Shown: piece after piece, positions 62,496-64,000 of the stretch
Layout of the letters: every line of letters begins with the position of its first letter
Numbering within the stretch: position 1 is the first letter of the stretch
Assembly (NCBI RefSeq): GCF_947568905.1
Contig: NC_079169.1
Location: 73,966,001 to 74,030,000 of the forward strand
Source: Ostrea edulis
Taxonomy: Eukaryota
Direction: 5' to 3'
Length of the DNA stretch: 64,000 nucleotides
Notes under the pieces: generated by a model
What the model was told of the DNA's origin: nothing
What the model saw: only the letters and a program-made list of their open reading frames with translations
Database searches by the model: none
Position numbers and translations under genes: made by a program

Positions 62496-63074
62496 TCAAG
62501 GGTAAGTTCGAGTAGATGTAGTGACGAATTGCACGATAGCATTTTTCCAAGTGTTGATGAGAATACTATTTCCTAGATCTGACAAGTGTACCCTATCTAT
62601 TCTAAATAGCCTCTTGTAAGATACCTGAATATCAGGGTATTTAATGGAGGCACCATGAAGTTGGTTTAAAACAAAAGTTGCAATTGCACTATTAATTCTC
62701 TTTTTTGCTTTTTCACCTTCAAAATTTGACAATGACTTTCTCCAATTGCCGCGAGGTAAAATATGGGACCATACAATTAGTGTATTTGGCAGATCTTGAC
62801 CTAATTGTGCTAACGTACGTTTCATGAATTTTTGGATGCCTTTAAGGGTATTTTGAGGATCGCCTATGTTATTACCTCCACAATGTAGAATCAAAATAGA
62901 TGGAGGGCTATGAGATTTCGACATTCTTGCAACAACTGAAGACAAATTCTCCCAAACCATCCCCCTTTTACCATTCCATATGATAGCAAACTGCTTCAAA
63001 CCAAGGTCTAACTGATTGGTGTTTTCTGCATATTGCTGTGCCCAGTGAACAATTGATGAACCAATGATCCACAC
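62496..63074 (-). CDS. SGNH/GDSL-like hydrolase ORF of the Ngaro-type element
   Basis: WIIGSSIV (block I Ser), WNGKRGM (block II Gly), ILHCGGNNI (block III Asn), IDRVHLS (D..H-type block V, altered). Open for 192 codons. Confidence 0.8.
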   Translation of the reverse strand: MWIIGSSIVHWAQQYAENTNQLDLGLKQFAIIWNGKRGMVWENLSSVVARMSKSHSPPSILILHCGGNNIGDPQNTLKGIQKFMKRTLAQLGQDLPNTLIVWSHILPRGNWRKSLSNFEGEKAKKRINSAIATFVLNQLHGASIKYPDIQVSYKRLFRIDRVHLSDLGNSILINTWKNAIVQFVTTSTRTYP

Positions 63075-63105
63075 AGAGTCTGAAAATGTTTATGTGAAAT
63101 TGAAT

Positions 63106-63979
63106 TTATGGTCTAATATAGGATTTAAAGGCAGACGAATTCCACCTACCCATTTGTTTAATCTGTAGTTCTGAAACACCCTTGAGGTACAAATAAGTTG
63201 CCCCACCAATACGAAACGAATGAGATTTGTAGGAATTGCTAGGTATATCTAGAAATTTGAGTGATTTATGTAGCATCCATGAAAATTGATATTGAGTTAA
63301 GGGCTTAGCATTGTAATGTGCAAACAACTGCTTCCCTTGAATGCTTCGACGGAGATCAGTAAATTGTTGTAACATTTCAAACAACACCAAAGAATCTAGA
63401 TTTTTCATTATTCTAACGGAATTACCCTTCCCAAACTGGTCAGTTTTGGAACACTGAATTAAAAAACAGATTTGGTCTTCAAATATTTGAATATGATTTC
63501 TTTCCAATGACACTACTTCACTCACCCTCAATAAAGCGAAAAATGCAAGAAGGAATGCTGACTGAAATAATTGGGATTCATACGAAGAGTACGTCAACAC
63601 AGGAATGATTTTGATTATTTGTGTAAGCAAAGATAATGTAATGGGTTGCCTATAATCCACAACTTCCTGAGTTCTCTTAAAACCAACCATCAACTTTCGA
63701 ACCAAAAAGCATTCAGTTGGATTTTCCCAACCATGTAAGTTGATCACGTAACTTAAACCACTCATATAACACTTTGCTGTTGAATGTGCCAGACCTGATT
63801 CTTTCATAAAGGCTATAAGATTTACAACATGAACTAAAGGGGGGTGGCCACAAATCATCAAGAGAAGCAAGTATCCTAAAATTGATGAATGCCTGAATAC
63901 CTTGTTTATAAACTTTACTTGAATTTTCAGATATGCTCGCTTCTAATAGCTGATCTATAGTAGCTGAATGATTTCCCAA
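63106..63979 (-). pseudogene. Tyrosine recombinase with a single +1 frameshift in a G6 run (63839-63844)
   Basis: LLEASISENSSKVY...LWPPP then shift into LVHVVNLIAF...FFALLRVSE...SKTDQ...HSFRIGGAT...MGRWNSSAFKSYIRP; catalytic residues intact. Confidence 0.88.
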
Positions 63980-64000
63980 AATTGAGTAGGAATTGGGGAA

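Larger units (their letters stand above)
61810..64000 (-). mobile_element. 3' part of an Ngaro-type YR retrotransposon (RNase H tail, YR, SGNH hydrolase); continues beyond the window
   Basis: PIPTQFWEIIQLL* overlapping the YR start, then YR, then an SGNH-like ORF. The 3' end is approximate. Confidence 0.88.

Overview
Eukaryotic, AT-rich, repeat-dense DNA, most likely from an oyster-type bivalve (inferred from a C1q-domain gene, a ~166-bp Cg170-like satellite inside Helentron-type elements, and a KolobokP-type transposon). There are no prokaryotic features, RNA genes or CRISPR arrays. The first ~50.6 kb is a tandem array of three related units. Unit A (<1 to ~26.8 kb) and unit B (~26.8-45.8 kb) are near-identical, and each carries a 3-exon minus-strand C1q-domain/coiled-coil gene: intact in A (414 aa), with a nonsense codon in B. 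Unit C (~45.8-50.6 kb) is older and truncated. Each unit starts in a Cg170-bearing HINE element followed by a decayed Sola-like DDD transposase. The most striking single element is a young, structurally complete KolobokP-type composite transposon at 21215-24512. It has 449-bp long terminal direct repeats with their own TIRs, an AAAT TSD, a His-Me finger nuclease ORF and a spliced transposase that lacks its catalytic core. Also present are two convergent tyrosine-recombinase (DIRS/Ngaro) retrotransposons (one with an SGNH hydrolase ORF), scrambled Penelope/Naiad-type RT fragments, solo LTRs with an empty site, foldback elements built from AGAGATATCTCT palindromes, SINE-like copies, MITEs, a split Tc1 transposase and a 21-bp minisatellite. 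All comparisons were made by eye. Exon and TSD coordinates are counted exactly, while ends of decayed elements are approximate (tens of bp). Superfamily names rest on remembered motifs, not database searches.
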